From the sequence record DRR723986_1367: DNA of 38,552 nucleotides. The stretch is one strand, 5' to 3'. The notes beneath the pieces are model-generated. The model was given only the letters and a program-made list of their open reading frames with translations. It was not told the DNA's origin and searched no databases. The position numbers were made by a program, and so were the translations under genes. Position 1 is the first letter of the stretch. Every line of letters starts with the position of its first letter. Of this stretch, positions 24,454 to 34,629 are shown piece after piece.

Positions 24454-25773
24454 TTATTTGTCCAGCGCGCCATCATCAATGGCAAGGATGGCATTAACCA
24501 AAACATCTGCACCTTTGGCCATGGCGTCCGCCGTGGTGAATTCGTTGGGCGAATGGCTAACACCACCTACCGATGGCACAAAAATCATGCCGGTGGGGGC
24601 AATATGTACCATGTCTTGCGCATCGTGGCCCGCACCGGACGGCAAATAGCGGTAACTATAGCCAAGCGACTGAGTCGCAGATTCGATGATTTTGCGCATG
24701 CGCGGGTCAGTAGGTGCAGGTTCAGACGCCACATCAATTTCCTCAAAATTGATCAGCACATCCGACTTTGCAGATATCTTTTTAGCGGCCACCTCAATCG
24801 CTGCAAAAACCTTGTCGATTTTACTTTGTTGCAGGTCACGAATTTCAAGGCTCATTTCCACCCTGCCGGGAATGACATTGGGCGCACCGGGAAAAGCCTG
24901 AATGCGGCCAACTGTTGCTACTTGCCGCCCGTCCATTTCAAGCGCAATGCGGTTTATTGCAAGGGTCAGTTCAGCCGCAGCGACCATGGCATCACGCCGG
25001 TTGTCCATGGCGGTTGTGCCGCCGTGGTTGGCATAGCCTTTAAGCGTGACATCCCACCAGCCGATTCCAACAATTCCTTCGACCACGCCAATATCCAGCT
25101 TTTCTTCGTCGAGAATGCCGCCTTGCTCAATATGCAGCTCAATAAAGGCTTTATATTTGTCCGTGTTGACTTTAGCGCTGGCGATGTCAGCAATATTACC
25201 GCCGATATAATTTGTGCCGTCGGCAATAGAGCGGCCACTGGCGTTAACCACAGACAAGGCGCTTTCTTTCAGATGGCCGCGCATGGCAAGCGAACCCACA
25301 AGCCCGCCTTCTTCGTTGGAGAAAACCACCAGCTCAAGCGGGTGATTGGTTTGAATGTTGGCTGCATTCAACAGATCAATGGCTTCCATTGCAGCGATAA
25401 CACCAGTGGGGCCATCATAGTTGCCGCCACCTGGCACAGAATCGGTGTGCGACCCGAACAAAATGGGCTTGGCATTGGGTGTGCGGCCTTCGCGGCGGGC
25501 GAAAATATTAGCAGCTGCATCAATGCGTACGCTCAAACCCATAGCCTCAAGTTCATTGATGATATAGGCTCGGCCTTGCAGATCAGCCTCTGTGTAGGCA
25601 ACCCGGTCAACACCGCCATCAGCATTTTTGCCAAATTGTCCAAGAGCCTTGATACGGCTTTCCATGCGCTCGGCGCTGGCCTTTGGCGTGCCATCAGCCG
25701 CTCTTGCGGGCAATCCAATGGCCATCAGAATAGCCAATATAACAGTAATATTTTTAAGCCCGAAAGTTGTCAT
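24454..25773 (-). CDS. M20-family Zn amidohydrolase (allantoate amidohydrolase / N-carbamoylase-like) with signal peptide
   Basis: GSHTDSVPGGGNYDG, NEEG, ELHIEQG, NHGGTT, SGAGHDA, GVSHSPNE. Confidence 0.92.
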   Translation of the reverse strand: MTTFGLKNITVILAILMAIGLPARAADGTPKASAERMESRIKALGQFGKNADGGVDRVAYTEADLQGRAYIINELEAMGLSVRIDAAANIFARREGRTPNAKPILFGSHTDSVPGGGNYDGPTGVIAAMEAIDLLNAANIQTNHPLELVVFSNEEGGLVGSLAMRGHLKESALSVVNASGRSIADGTNYIGGNIADIASAKVNTDKYKAFIELHIEQGGILDEEKLDIGVVEGIVGIGWWDVTLKGYANHGGTTAMDNRRDAMVAAAELTLAINRIALEMDGRQVATVGRIQAFPGAPNVIPGRVEMSLEIRDLQQSKIDKVFAAIEVAAKKISAKSDVLINFEEIDVASEPAPTDPRMRKIIESATQSLGYSYRYLPSGAGHDAQDMVHIAPTGMIFVPSVGGVSHSPNEFTTADAMAKGADVLVNAILAIDDGALDK

Positions 25774-25871
25774 AAATCACCCCTAAAACTATGTAGTTAG
25801 CCTAACATCGTTCCACTATAGGAAACACAGGCTGCATATGTAAACCAACAGGATTATTCCGGAGACCAACG

Positions 25872-26180
25872 ATGTTGAAAATGAAACCCAACTGCGAGCA
25901 CTGTGACATTGATTTGCCGAACGAAAGTTCGGAGGCGATGATTTGTAGTTATGAATGCACTTTTTGTGCGGATTGCGTGTCCGATGTGTTGGAAAATGTT
26001 TGCCCTAACTGTGGTGGTGGTTTCAAAAAAAGACCCACGCGACCGAATAAGGAGTGGCGACCCGGTGTTTCCGCGCAGCAGCAGCCACCTTCAACGGAAC
26101 GGGTTTTAAAGCCTGTTGATATTGAGGCACATATAAAGTTCGCCGCAAAAATCAAGAAAACCAAACCACGCAAACGATAA
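25872..26180 (+). CDS. DUF1272 family Cys-rich protein
   Basis: PNCEHC...AMICSYECTFCADC...CPNCGG...RP.RP; GGAG RBS. Confidence 0.88.
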   Translation: MLKMKPNCEHCDIDLPNESSEAMICSYECTFCADCVSDVLENVCPNCGGGFKKRPTRPNKEWRPGVSAQQQPPSTERVLKPVDIEAHIKFAAKIKKTKPRKR

Positions 26181-26211
26181 CTTTTTGATATTTGAAATCA
26201 GGAATATGAAT

Positions 26212-26892
26212 ATGGCTGAACAAAGTTTATCTGATTGGACTGCATGTGCCTTACCGGGCAAGGCCGACATGGCAGGGGCGTACTGCACCCTTGAGCCATT
26301 TAACAGCGAAAATCACGCCCATGCTTTGTTCGCGGCCATTGCTGGTCCGCAAAATGATGCCCTTTGGCAGTATATTCCCATGGGTCCATACGGCGAAGTG
26401 CAAGAGTTAATAGCGGCGCTTGCCTATGTGCGGGACAATTTGGGTTGGCAAACGATGATGATTAAAGGGGCAAAGACCAATACCCTATTGGGAATGGCCA
26501 GTTATATGCGCCAACGCCCAGAGCACGGTAGTGTTGAAGTTGGCTGCATTGTATTTAGCCATGCCTTGCAGCGCACCCGCGCCGCGACCGAGGCAATTTA
26601 TCTGATGGCCCGTCATGCTTTTGATGAATTGGGATATCGCCGCTTCGAATGGAAGTGCAATGCAGCCAACGCCGCGTCAAGACGAGCGGCGCTTCGGTTT
26701 GGGTTCAGCTTTGAGGGCATTTTCAGGAACGATATGGTGATGAAAGGCGCAAACCGCGACACGGCTTGGTACTCTATCATCGACAGCGAATGGCCTAGGG
26801 TAAAAGCAGGCTTCAAAGCATGGTTACACGCCAACAATTTTGACAAAAACGGCAATCAAAGGACTAAATTGACGATGCCAACACCAGAGTAA
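26212..26892 (+). CDS. GNAT N-acetyltransferase (RimJ/RimL-like)
   Basis: GSVEVG..FSHALQRT, LGYRRFEWKCNAANAASRRAALRFGF, RDTAWYSI. Start after CAGGA. Confidence 0.9.
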   Translation: MAEQSLSDWTACALPGKADMAGAYCTLEPFNSENHAHALFAAIAGPQNDALWQYIPMGPYGEVQELIAALAYVRDNLGWQTMMIKGAKTNTLLGMASYMRQRPEHGSVEVGCIVFSHALQRTRAATEAIYLMARHAFDELGYRRFEWKCNAANAASRRAALRFGFSFEGIFRNDMVMKGANRDTAWYSIIDSEWPRVKAGFKAWLHANNFDKNGNQRTKLTMPTPE

Positions 26893-26893
26893 C

Positions 26894-27400
26894 TTATTCT
26901 TTGAGTAAGTCGTATGCGCTTTGGATTTGGTGAAAACGTTCCGAGGCAGCCGGGTCACCGGGATTAGCGTCTGGGTGGAACATTTTCGCCAGTTTCCGGT
27001 ATTGGCTCTTTACTGCATCCTGCCCTGCACCGCTATCCAGTTCCAACGTGTCGAACGCGGCTTGTTCTGTTGTGGAGTAACCGTTTTCATCTTCAGCGCC
27101 GCCCCATTCAAAGGTTCGCGCGCCTGCAAAAGCATCAGAAGACTGGCTATTGTCTTCCATATGCTGCTTGGCTTCTTCGTCGCTCATGCCTTCAAAGAAA
27201 TTCCAGTTGCGGTTATATTCCGCCGCATGAGGCCGGCAAAAATGCCACCGTTCGTTGGAGCCGGGCGACTTGGGGGCAGGATGGTCACCGCGCTCATTAC
27301 AGCCGGTATATTCGCACATTTGTACCGCTTCAGCGTCTTTATCTTTGCCGTATTCGCCCCAACGAGGAAAACCAAAGCTTCTGATGTTATCACTAGGCAT
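26894..27400 (-). CDS. J-domain protein (C-terminal HPD) with N-terminal Cys/His motif
   Basis: CEYTGC...APKSP...WHFCRPHAAEYNRNWNFFEGM; YRKLAKMFHPDANPGD. Confidence 0.88.
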   Translation of the reverse strand: MPSDNIRSFGFPRWGEYGKDKDAEAVQMCEYTGCNERGDHPAPKSPGSNERWHFCRPHAAEYNRNWNFFEGMSDEEAKQHMEDNSQSSDAFAGARTFEWGGAEDENGYSTTEQAAFDTLELDSGAGQDAVKSQYRKLAKMFHPDANPGDPAASERFHQIQSAYDLLKE

Positions 27401-27604
27401 GAGCGTATTTTACCGAACAATTGCAAAAAAGTCTTCATCGCTATGAGGCGATTTGAGCGGCGCACTTTCGACCAACTGCAAGGGAATTTCAAGGCCTAGA
27501 TTCATACAGCGTCAAATTGACAGGTTTAGGCGCGAGGATTGCAGCTGCGCGAAGGGCGAATACTAGACGTTTTCCTCCACCCGGCCTAAGGTATACCCTA
27601 AAGA

Positions 27605-28300
27605 ATGAACGGGGAAACACACATGCGTAGCGTTGATGACTTATTTGACCTGGCGGCCACCTACCGTGGCAACCGGGCTGCGGTAGAGGATATGATGCCG
27701 TCCATTAAGTCGGCTGATGAAATTAGAGCCTTGTCTGAAGACCGTATTCTGGCAGGCATAACAAAAGCTGTCTTTCAGGCAGGGTTTAGTTGGAAAGTGA
27801 TTGAGAAGAAATGGCCCGGCTTTGAAGAGGCGTTTGAGGGTTTTGTGCCGGTGCGCTGGAAGTTTATGTCAGACGATGACTTGGACAGTTTATTGAAAGA
27901 CACGCGTATTGTTAGAAACGGCATGAAAATTCAGACGGTGCGCGACAATGCCATTATGCTCTGTGATTTGGAAGATGAATATGGCTCGGCAGCGGCCTGT
28001 ATTGCTGATTGGCCAATGGACGACTTTATTGGCCTTTTGGCCTTGCTGCATAAGCGCGGCAACAGGCTTGGTGGTGCCACGGCACAGTATTTTTTGCGGT
28101 TTCTCGGCAAAGACGGATGGGTGATGGGCCGCGACGTGGTGGCGGCACTGGTGCGCGAAGGCGTGGTCGACAAAGCCCCTACTAGCAAGGGCGCGCAAGC
28201 GAAGGTGCAAGCAGCATTCAGCCAATGGGCTGATGAAAGTGGTCGGCCCTTTGCCCATATTTCCCGGTTGTTGGCGCTTAGTGTTGGCCCTAATCTATAG
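27605..28300 (+). CDS. DNA-3-methyladenine glycosylase I family protein
   Basis: VFQAGFSWKVIEKKWPGFEEAF, DTRIVRNGMKI, LGG.TAQYFLR. Start may be ATG 27623. Confidence 0.8.
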   Translation: MNGETHMRSVDDLFDLAATYRGNRAAVEDMMPSIKSADEIRALSEDRILAGITKAVFQAGFSWKVIEKKWPGFEEAFEGFVPVRWKFMSDDDLDSLLKDTRIVRNGMKIQTVRDNAIMLCDLEDEYGSAAACIADWPMDDFIGLLALLHKRGNRLGGATAQYFLRFLGKDGWVMGRDVVAALVREGVVDKAPTSKGAQAKVQAAFSQWADESGRPFAHISRLLALSVGPNL

Positions 28301-28374
28301 CCTGTGTTGAGTGGACTTGATTTGAGTATATAGTGTTTTTCTAGCTTTGGCACACAACCTCGATAAGGATTGAA

Positions 28375-29493
28375 ATGAAATTTTTAAAATCAATGACCAT
28401 GATTTCCGGCCTGTTGGTTGCGAGCGGATTGGGTGCCGCGAGTGCCGATGATAAACCGATATATAGCGACCGAAATTCCTACCCACTCGCCGGAGACGCC
28501 TTTCTAACCGCAGGTCTGGCGGTCGGTGATGTAGACGGTGACGGTGATTTGGATTTGGTTGAAAACAATGGGCGTCACTGGACCCAGCCAAGTTTTGTTT
28601 ATCTGAACAGTGGTAGGCGGCTGTCCACAAGAACCCAACTTGGTAGCACACAAACCACCAATTATTTGGTTTCATTGGTTGATATGGACGGAGACGGCGA
28701 TCTTGATGTGGTGGCAGCAGCCGACTTGCTTGCCAATCAGGTGTTTTTTAATGACGGCAAAGGTGGATTTTCACCGGGCCAGTCATTTGGTAGCGAAAAA
28801 TCCGATACACGCGGCATTTATGTTTTTGACATTGATAATGATGGAGACCCTGATGTTCTGGAAGTTTGCCGCAGGTCTGCAAATTACATTTTTTTGAATG
28901 ATGGTAATGGCAAATTGAGCGCGACGGGAACCTTTGGTGCACTGGACGACAGTACATTGGCAGTGGCAGTGGCGGATATGAACGATGACGGGCAGGTTGA
29001 TTTGGTGCTCGCCAACCGCGATGACCAGCAAAATGTGATATTGTTCGGCGACGGTTTGCGCTTTGAAAAGTCTGAACCCTACGGTCCTGCTGGAGGCGAC
29101 ACGCGCGGGGTTGCCGTGGCGGATATGAACGATGATGGGCGGCCAGATATTATTGTGGCCAATATTGGTAGCCAAAATACTGTTTTCCTGAACAAGGGTA
29201 ACGGCAAATTTGAGACCGCTGCGAGTTTTGGCGGTGAAAGTTCGCGCAGCTATGCTCTTATTGCTCGTGATTTGGATGGTGACGAAGACATTGATATCAT
29301 TGTTGCCAATGCGCCCGGTAGCAACGAGGTGTATCTAAACGACGGAAAAGGCATGTTGACCTTAAATTCTACGTTTGGCCCTGCGGACGCGCGCACATAC
29401 GCAATCGCCGCCGGTGACATGAACGGTGACGGCAAGATAGATATTATTACCGGCAATTCGGAAGCAAAAAACATCATATACTTCCAGCGATAG
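28375..29493 (+). CDS. Exported FG-GAP/VCBS-repeat beta-propeller protein
   Basis: Signal peptide; seven DxDGDGxxD-type repeats, most followed by xxNxG. Confidence 0.9.
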   Translation: MKFLKSMTMISGLLVASGLGAASADDKPIYSDRNSYPLAGDAFLTAGLAVGDVDGDGDLDLVENNGRHWTQPSFVYLNSGRRLSTRTQLGSTQTTNYLVSLVDMDGDGDLDVVAAADLLANQVFFNDGKGGFSPGQSFGSEKSDTRGIYVFDIDNDGDPDVLEVCRRSANYIFLNDGNGKLSATGTFGALDDSTLAVAVADMNDDGQVDLVLANRDDQQNVILFGDGLRFEKSEPYGPAGGDTRGVAVADMNDDGRPDIIVANIGSQNTVFLNKGNGKFETAASFGGESSRSYALIARDLDGDEDIDIIVANAPGSNEVYLNDGKGMLTLNSTFGPADARTYAIAAGDMNGDGKIDIITGNSEAKNIIYFQR

Positions 29494-29623
29494 CCGCGCC
29501 CGGTTTAATCAAATTCGTTTCACCTGTTTATCGCGCCGGGAAAACCTGTGATCGCTGCGGGCTTCCCCTGTGAAAACCGTGTGATAGTCTGTTAGTTGAG
29601 CAAGGTATAACTGCGAGCGATAT

Positions 29624-30076
29624 ATGTTTGATAAAGTAACAAAACTATTGGGCCTGAAGGCAAAGCCAGAAGAGAAAACGCAAAATGATTTGCATCTGGC
29701 GACAGCTGCGTTGCTGGTTTATGTGTCGCGTGCGGACGGTGATTTCAGTGCCGAAGAGCGTGCGCAATTACTGGCGTGTATGATTGAGCAATTCGGTATG
29801 GAAAGCGAAGACGCCAGCCAAATTTTAGATGATGCTGAAGCGCAGCAGCAGGAAGCCACATGCTTATACCGTTTTACCAAGGCGATCACTGACGAGCTGG
29901 ACCAGGACGGCAGGCAAGACATTGTGCGCCTTTTGTGGCGGGTGGCATTGGCCGACAATCATATTGATAATTTTGAGGCCAATGTTTTGGCGAAGGTTTC
30001 GGGATTGTTGGGTGTGCCCGCCCGGGACCGGGTGACGCTCAAACATGAGGTTGAGGCGGCCTTGACGGCAGGTTGA
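29624..30076 (+). CDS. TerB-family protein
   Basis: LATAALL..VSRADG, LYRFT, LWRVALAD..DNFE, LLGV..RDRV. Confidence 0.88.
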   Translation: MFDKVTKLLGLKAKPEEKTQNDLHLATAALLVYVSRADGDFSAEERAQLLACMIEQFGMESEDASQILDDAEAQQQEATCLYRFTKAITDELDQDGRQDIVRLLWRVALADNHIDNFEANVLAKVSGLLGVPARDRVTLKHEVEAALTAG

Positions 30077-30957
30077 TGATAGACCAGCACAATATCGCCA
30101 AACAGAATCCAATTATGGGCGCTATGGAGGCTTACAGCAGTGCAGATGGTCTTGCATGGCACAATAGCTATTGGTTTATAGCCGCTTTACCAGCCCTTTT
30201 GTTGTTTGGTTTTGATGGTCTTGAAATTCTCATGTATGACCACGCTCGGGCACCCAATGCAGGTGTAGGAGGCCAACTATTATTGATGTTGGTTTTTTAC
30301 GCTGCGTGGCCTGTGGTGCCGTGGTTGGCTTGGAAAACCATTGGTGGTTTTGCTTTAAAGCGATCAGACCCCATCGATTTGAAAGTCGTGATTGGGAAAT
30401 TGGTTTTTTTAGGTATCGGCGCAAGTTCAATACATATGACACTTTTAGCTGTCGTATTGCGGGTTTTATATTCGCCGCCCGGATGGGGCGCTTTGCATTT
30501 GATGGACTCGGTGATTGAGCTTTGGGTTCAACATGCGGGGTTATGGTATTTTGTTTATTTCGTTTTTTGTGTTGGCATTTATTATTTCGTTTTTAAAAGC
30601 AGTGCCGGCAACAAAGATGGAGCACCTGTGGTCTATAAAGTGAGGTCAGGTAATAAAATAATTCCTGTAAATATGGAAATGGTCAGCTGGGTTGAGGCTT
30701 GTGGTAACTATGCGCAGTTGCATACAAATCAGGGCGCTTTTCTGGTTAGAAAGTCTTTGGCAACCATTGAGCATGAAACAGCTCATCATTCTATTGTGCG
30801 GTCTCACAGGGGTGCATTGGTGAACACAAAATTTGTTTCTGCCATTCACCGGGACAGCGAAAACGGACAATACAGGGTGGAGCTTAAGTCCGGTGAAACT
30901 GCGCCGCTAAGCCGTAGGCGATTGTCAGCCTTTAAAGCACAGTTTGAAACGCCTTAA
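30076..30957 (+). CDS. Membrane-anchored LytTR-domain transcriptional regulator
   Basis: About 4 TM helices followed by WVEACGNYAQLH...RSHRGALVN...PLSRR. TGATG overlap with the TerB gene. Confidence 0.85.
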   Translation: MIDQHNIAKQNPIMGAMEAYSSADGLAWHNSYWFIAALPALLLFGFDGLEILMYDHARAPNAGVGGQLLLMLVFYAAWPVVPWLAWKTIGGFALKRSDPIDLKVVIGKLVFLGIGASSIHMTLLAVVLRVLYSPPGWGALHLMDSVIELWVQHAGLWYFVYFVFCVGIYYFVFKSSAGNKDGAPVVYKVRSGNKIIPVNMEMVSWVEACGNYAQLHTNQGAFLVRKSLATIEHETAHHSIVRSHRGALVNTKFVSAIHRDSENGQYRVELKSGETAPLSRRRLSAFKAQFETP

Positions 30958-31070
30958 CCGTAACCGCCTTTCAAATAAATTTATTGACCGTTCACACCAA
31001 CCTGTTTGCGAGTGTAAGCCGTACCACTGAGGCTGCCTAAATCTTTTGGCAAACACGAGGAACGGCAACA

Positions 31071-31853
31071 ATGAACAAACAATCTTGCGGTATACCAACC
31101 ACAACAAAGGCAGTGTTGGCAGCGTTGGCGGTGGCAATTTCACCCTTTGCAAGCGCACAACAAGAGGCCCAGGAAATCACGCCAGGCTCATCACTTTTCG
31201 ACGTGCCGGAAATAACTGACTATGAAGCGCGCTATAACAGTTCTTTCTCCAAAACCGGGGAGTTTACTCTTCAGGTACGAGTCACCGGCGACGGCAAGAA
31301 GCTGAGCATGATTGACATTATACCTGGCGAAAATGTGGTGATTGTGGCTCACCGCCAAATCGACATTGTAAGCCAGTTAGAAGAATTTTCCGCTGGGCCA
31401 AACTTTGCCTGGGGGCCAGAGTTTATTGTTAAACAAACTAACGGCAAAGGGTATGATTGGGCCCGGGTGTCCGTAGGCGGCGGTGAACCCAAACGCGCGG
31501 CGGGCCCCGTTGCCAACGGTGGTGCGGTTAGTGAGATGTTCTCGCCGCTGCTCGCAACCCTGATGCCGATGGATGTTGGCAGTAAATTTCGGTTGCCGGC
31601 AATGTACGCTCGTAAGGGTGAGATTGCCTCATCCGAATTTGATGACTATGAGATCACGGGCCTTGAAAGGCTGGAAACCGCGTCTGGATTAAGCTGTGAT
31701 TGCTGGGTGATTGACAAGAAAACTTGGGGCGGCAGCCTGGAGCGCATTTGGGTGGCGCGCAAAGCACCATTTGTTTTCAAACGGCACCGAAATGTTGGTG
31801 GCCCACGTAGCTTTGTTTCCGAACTGACCGGCTACCGCGTACTGGAGAAATAG
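31071..31853 (+). CDS. Exported hypothetical protein
   Basis: GAGGA RBS; signal peptide ending PFASA; beta-rich C-terminus (CDCWVI...ERIWVA). Confidence 0.75.
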   Translation: MNKQSCGIPTTTKAVLAALAVAISPFASAQQEAQEITPGSSLFDVPEITDYEARYNSSFSKTGEFTLQVRVTGDGKKLSMIDIIPGENVVIVAHRQIDIVSQLEEFSAGPNFAWGPEFIVKQTNGKGYDWARVSVGGGEPKRAAGPVANGGAVSEMFSPLLATLMPMDVGSKFRLPAMYARKGEIASSEFDDYEITGLERLETASGLSCDCWVIDKKTWGGSLERIWVARKAPFVFKRHRNVGGPRSFVSELTGYRVLEK

Positions 31854-31854
31854 A

Positions 31855-31884
31855 AAAGCCGCACCCAAAGTAGGATGCGGCTTT
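31855..31884. terminator. Bidirectional intrinsic terminator
   Basis: AAAGCCGCA...TGCGGCTTT between convergent genes. Confidence 0.8.
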
Positions 31885-31905
31885 AATTATGCTGTTAATT
31901 ATAGC

Positions 31906-33510
31906 TTATGCCGCGCTGGGTGCTGCTGCGTTTACGCTGTCATCAACATGGCCTGCGAAAGCCTCGAAGTTGTTGATGAACAGTTCCACCAGATAGCGGG
32001 CCTTGGCGTCATACGCATCTTTGTCTTCCCACGTATCGCGAGGGTTGAGGATAAGGCTATCAACGCCGGGCACTTCCATGGGCACTTCAAACCCGAAGTT
32101 CGGGTCAATGCGCATGGGGGCAGCATTCAGGCTGCCATCCAACGCTGCGTGTAACAAAGCGCGCGTGTCTTTAATAGGCATGCGGTGGCCAACGCCGTAT
32201 ACGCCGCCGGTCCAGCCTGTGTTGACCAACCAACAGTTCACACCGGTTTCAGCTATTTTTTTGCGCAGCAGGTCGCCGTACACACTTGGGTGGCGCGGCA
32301 TAAAGGGTGCGCCGAAGCAAGTTGAGAAGGTGGCCTGAGGTTCTTTCACGCCGATTTCAGTGCCTGCTACTTTCGCGGTATACCCAGACAGGAAGTGATA
32401 CATGGCCTGCTCTGGTGTTAGACGCGAGATAGGGGGTAATACACCAAAAGCATCAGCGGTAAGCATGATGATATTTTTTGGCTTACCACCACGATTATGT
32501 TCACTGGTGTTGGGAATATAATGTATCGGATAAGCCCCGCGGGTGTTCTCGGCCAGCGTGTTGTCGTTCAGATCAAGCTGGCGGGTGTCCGGGTCCATCA
32601 CCACATTTTCAAGCACGGTACCGTACATGCGGGTGGTGGCATAAATTTCAGGCTCGGCTTCCTCAGACAGGTTGATCAGTTTGGCATAGCAGCCGCCTTC
32701 AAAATTGAAAACGCTGTCGTCTGACCAGCCATGCTCATCATCTCCAATAAGGGTGCGCGAACTGTCGGCGGACAGGGTGGTTTTACCTGTGCCGGACAGG
32801 CCAAAGAAAATAGCCACGTCGCCGTCCGGGCCAATATTGGCCGAACAGTGCATGGGCATAATGCCGTCTTTTGGCAGAAGATAATTCAGGATCGAGAAGA
32901 CAGACTTTTTGTTCTCTCCAGCATATTGGGTACCACCGATCAGGACCAAACCCTTGCTGAAATTAACAGCGATGATGGTCTCGGAATTACAGCCCATTGT
33001 TTCCGGGTCTGCTTTAAAGCTTGGCAGGTTGATAATGGTAAACTGCGGCGCCATACTGGCTTTTTCGCTCTCTTCCGGACGTACCAACATGGTGCGGCAA
33101 AACAGACTGTGCCATGCAAGTTCGCCGATTGTGCGAACAGCAACCCTATGCTCAGGGTCTGAACCGCCCCAAAGGTCTTGTATAAAGAGGTCTTTACCTT
33201 TGGCTTGTTCCAAGAAGGCGGTGTGAACAATATCAAACTGCTCAGAGGTCATCGGACGGTTAACATCCCCCCACCAAATTGTGTTTTCTGTTGTTTCATC
33301 GCGGACGGTAAATTTATCATTCGCCGACCGTCCAGTACAACGGCCTGTCTTAACAACAAGGGCGCCGCCGTCTGCAATTGAGCCTTCGCCGCGGCGAATC
33401 GCTTCTTCGTAAAGTTGGGCTGTACCCAAATTCCAATATTGATTTCCGGTATCTGCGATGCCTTGAGCATCCAAACTGACTGTACTGTGACGAGTACCAA
33501 AGACTTGCAA
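31906..33510 (-). CDS. pckA: Phosphoenolpyruvate carboxykinase (ATP)
   Basis: [55 protein letters not shown] start at 33510 after GGAGG. Confidence 0.98.
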   Translation of the reverse strand: MQVFGTRHSTVSLDAQGIADTGNQYWNLGTAQLYEEAIRRGEGSIADGGALVVKTGRCTGRSANDKFTVRDETTENTIWWGDVNRPMTSEQFDIVHTAFLEQAKGKDLFIQDLWGGSDPEHRVAVRTIGELAWHSLFCRTMLVRPEESEKASMAPQFTIINLPSFKADPETMGCNSETIIAVNFSKGLVLIGGTQYAGENKKSVFSILNYLLPKDGIMPMHCSANIGPDGDVAIFFGLSGTGKTTLSADSSRTLIGDDEHGWSDDSVFNFEGGCYAKLINLSEEAEPEIYATTRMYGTVLENVVMDPDTRQLDLNDNTLAENTRGAYPIHYIPNTSEHNRGGKPKNIIMLTADAFGVLPPISRLTPEQAMYHFLSGYTAKVAGTEIGVKEPQATFSTCFGAPFMPRHPSVYGDLLRKKIAETGVNCWLVNTGWTGGVYGVGHRMPIKDTRALLHAALDGSLNAAPMRIDPNFGFEVPMEVPGVDSLILNPRDTWEDKDAYDAKARYLVELFINNFEAFAGHVDDSVNAAAPSAA

Positions 33511-33689
33511 CGTCTTGACCTCCAACATGAATTTACTGTGACGAACTCGCCTAAGGCGATCCCATTTAATTTTTCCGGCAAACTTGCCTGACACATGCGT
33601 ATCAATTCTCAGCCTTAGCCCCCTCTGAGAATGGGCGACAAGCTTGCGGAAACGGAAAGAGAAATCAACCAGAATCTTGGCAATTTCGA

Positions 33690-33707
33690 AATGATAGCGC
33701 TGTCATT
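33690..33707. promoter_or_regulatory. LacI-family-type operator between pckA and chvI
   Basis: AATGATAGC|GCTGTCATT, central CG, one mismatch; extra half-site AATGACAGC at 33755-33763. Confidence 0.6.
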
Positions 33708-33904
33708 GTGGCGTCACAAATCTGGACCATTTGGTCAGGTTTCATGGTTTAGCAAATGACAGCACACCCATATAACCGACACAGCTTCGCCATGATTTGG
33801 TCGTAAATCGTGCTTAACGCTTTACCATGCACAGTATTAGGCTAGAATTGTTAAAATTTTTGCCGGACTGAAGCTTGGGACACATAATAAAAAAGGGGAT
33901 ACCC

Positions 33905-34615
33905 ATGACAGCAACGATTGCGCTGGTCGACGACGACCGGAATATTTTGACATCGGTAACTATTGCGCTGGAAGCAGAGGGTTTTCGGGTGCGTACTTAT
34001 CCTGACGGGCAAAAAGCATGGGAAGCACTTTCTAAAAATCCGGCAGACCTAGCGGTATTGGATATTAAAATGCCGCGAATGGACGGCATGGAACTGCTGC
34101 GGAAGCTGAGGGATGTATCATCCATGCCGGTAATTTTTCTGACTTCTAAAGATGAAGAAATTGACCAACTTTTAGGCCTACGCATGGGGGCAGACGACTA
34201 TATTGGCAAACCGTTTTCTCAGCGGTTGCTGATTGAGCGCATTCGCGCCCTTCTGCGTAGGGTTGAAATGAATGCAATAAAGGTTGAAGACACGCCAGTA
34301 GAAGAAGGCGAAGAGGTTATGGTGCGCGGTAACCTAACCCTTGACCCGCTGCGCCATAGCGTAACTTGGTGCGGTAAGGACGTAACTCTGACCGTTACAG
34401 AGTTTTTAATCTTGCAAACCCTTGCGCAGCATCTGGGTCATGTAAAAAGCCGTGACCAGTTGATGGATGCAGCTTACACTGACGATGTATATGTGGATGA
34501 CAGAACCATCGATAGCCATATTAAGCGTTTGCGTAAGAAATTCAGACTGGTTGATAAAGACTTTACCGCAATTGAAACTCTGTACGGCGTTGGCTATCGA
34601 TATAAAGACGGGTAA
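33905..34615 (+). CDS. chvI: Response regulator ChvI (OmpR family)
   Basis: [48 protein letters not shown]; conserved synteny. Confidence 0.97.
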   Translation: MTATIALVDDDRNILTSVTIALEAEGFRVRTYPDGQKAWEALSKNPADLAVLDIKMPRMDGMELLRKLRDVSSMPVIFLTSKDEEIDQLLGLRMGADDYIGKPFSQRLLIERIRALLRRVEMNAIKVEDTPVEEGEEVMVRGNLTLDPLRHSVTWCGKDVTLTVTEFLILQTLAQHLGHVKSRDQLMDAAYTDDVYVDDRTIDSHIKRLRKKFRLVDKDFTAIETLYGVGYRYKDG

Positions 34616-34629
34616 GGCACCGAACCAAC

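Noticed and set aside
24436-25800. 454-aa ORF exactly antisense to the M20 hydrolase
   Set aside because: No recognisable motifs; it spans the real gene almost exactly, typical of a shadow frame kept open by codon bias.
26894-27400. J-domain gene not followed by cobS/cobT
   Set aside because: Gene-order variation only; the protein looks intact and nothing else suggests a new function.
28375-29493. Repeated GACGGCGA/GATATGAACGATGA DNA motifs as a repeat element
   Set aside because: Fully explained by FG-GAP protein repeats.
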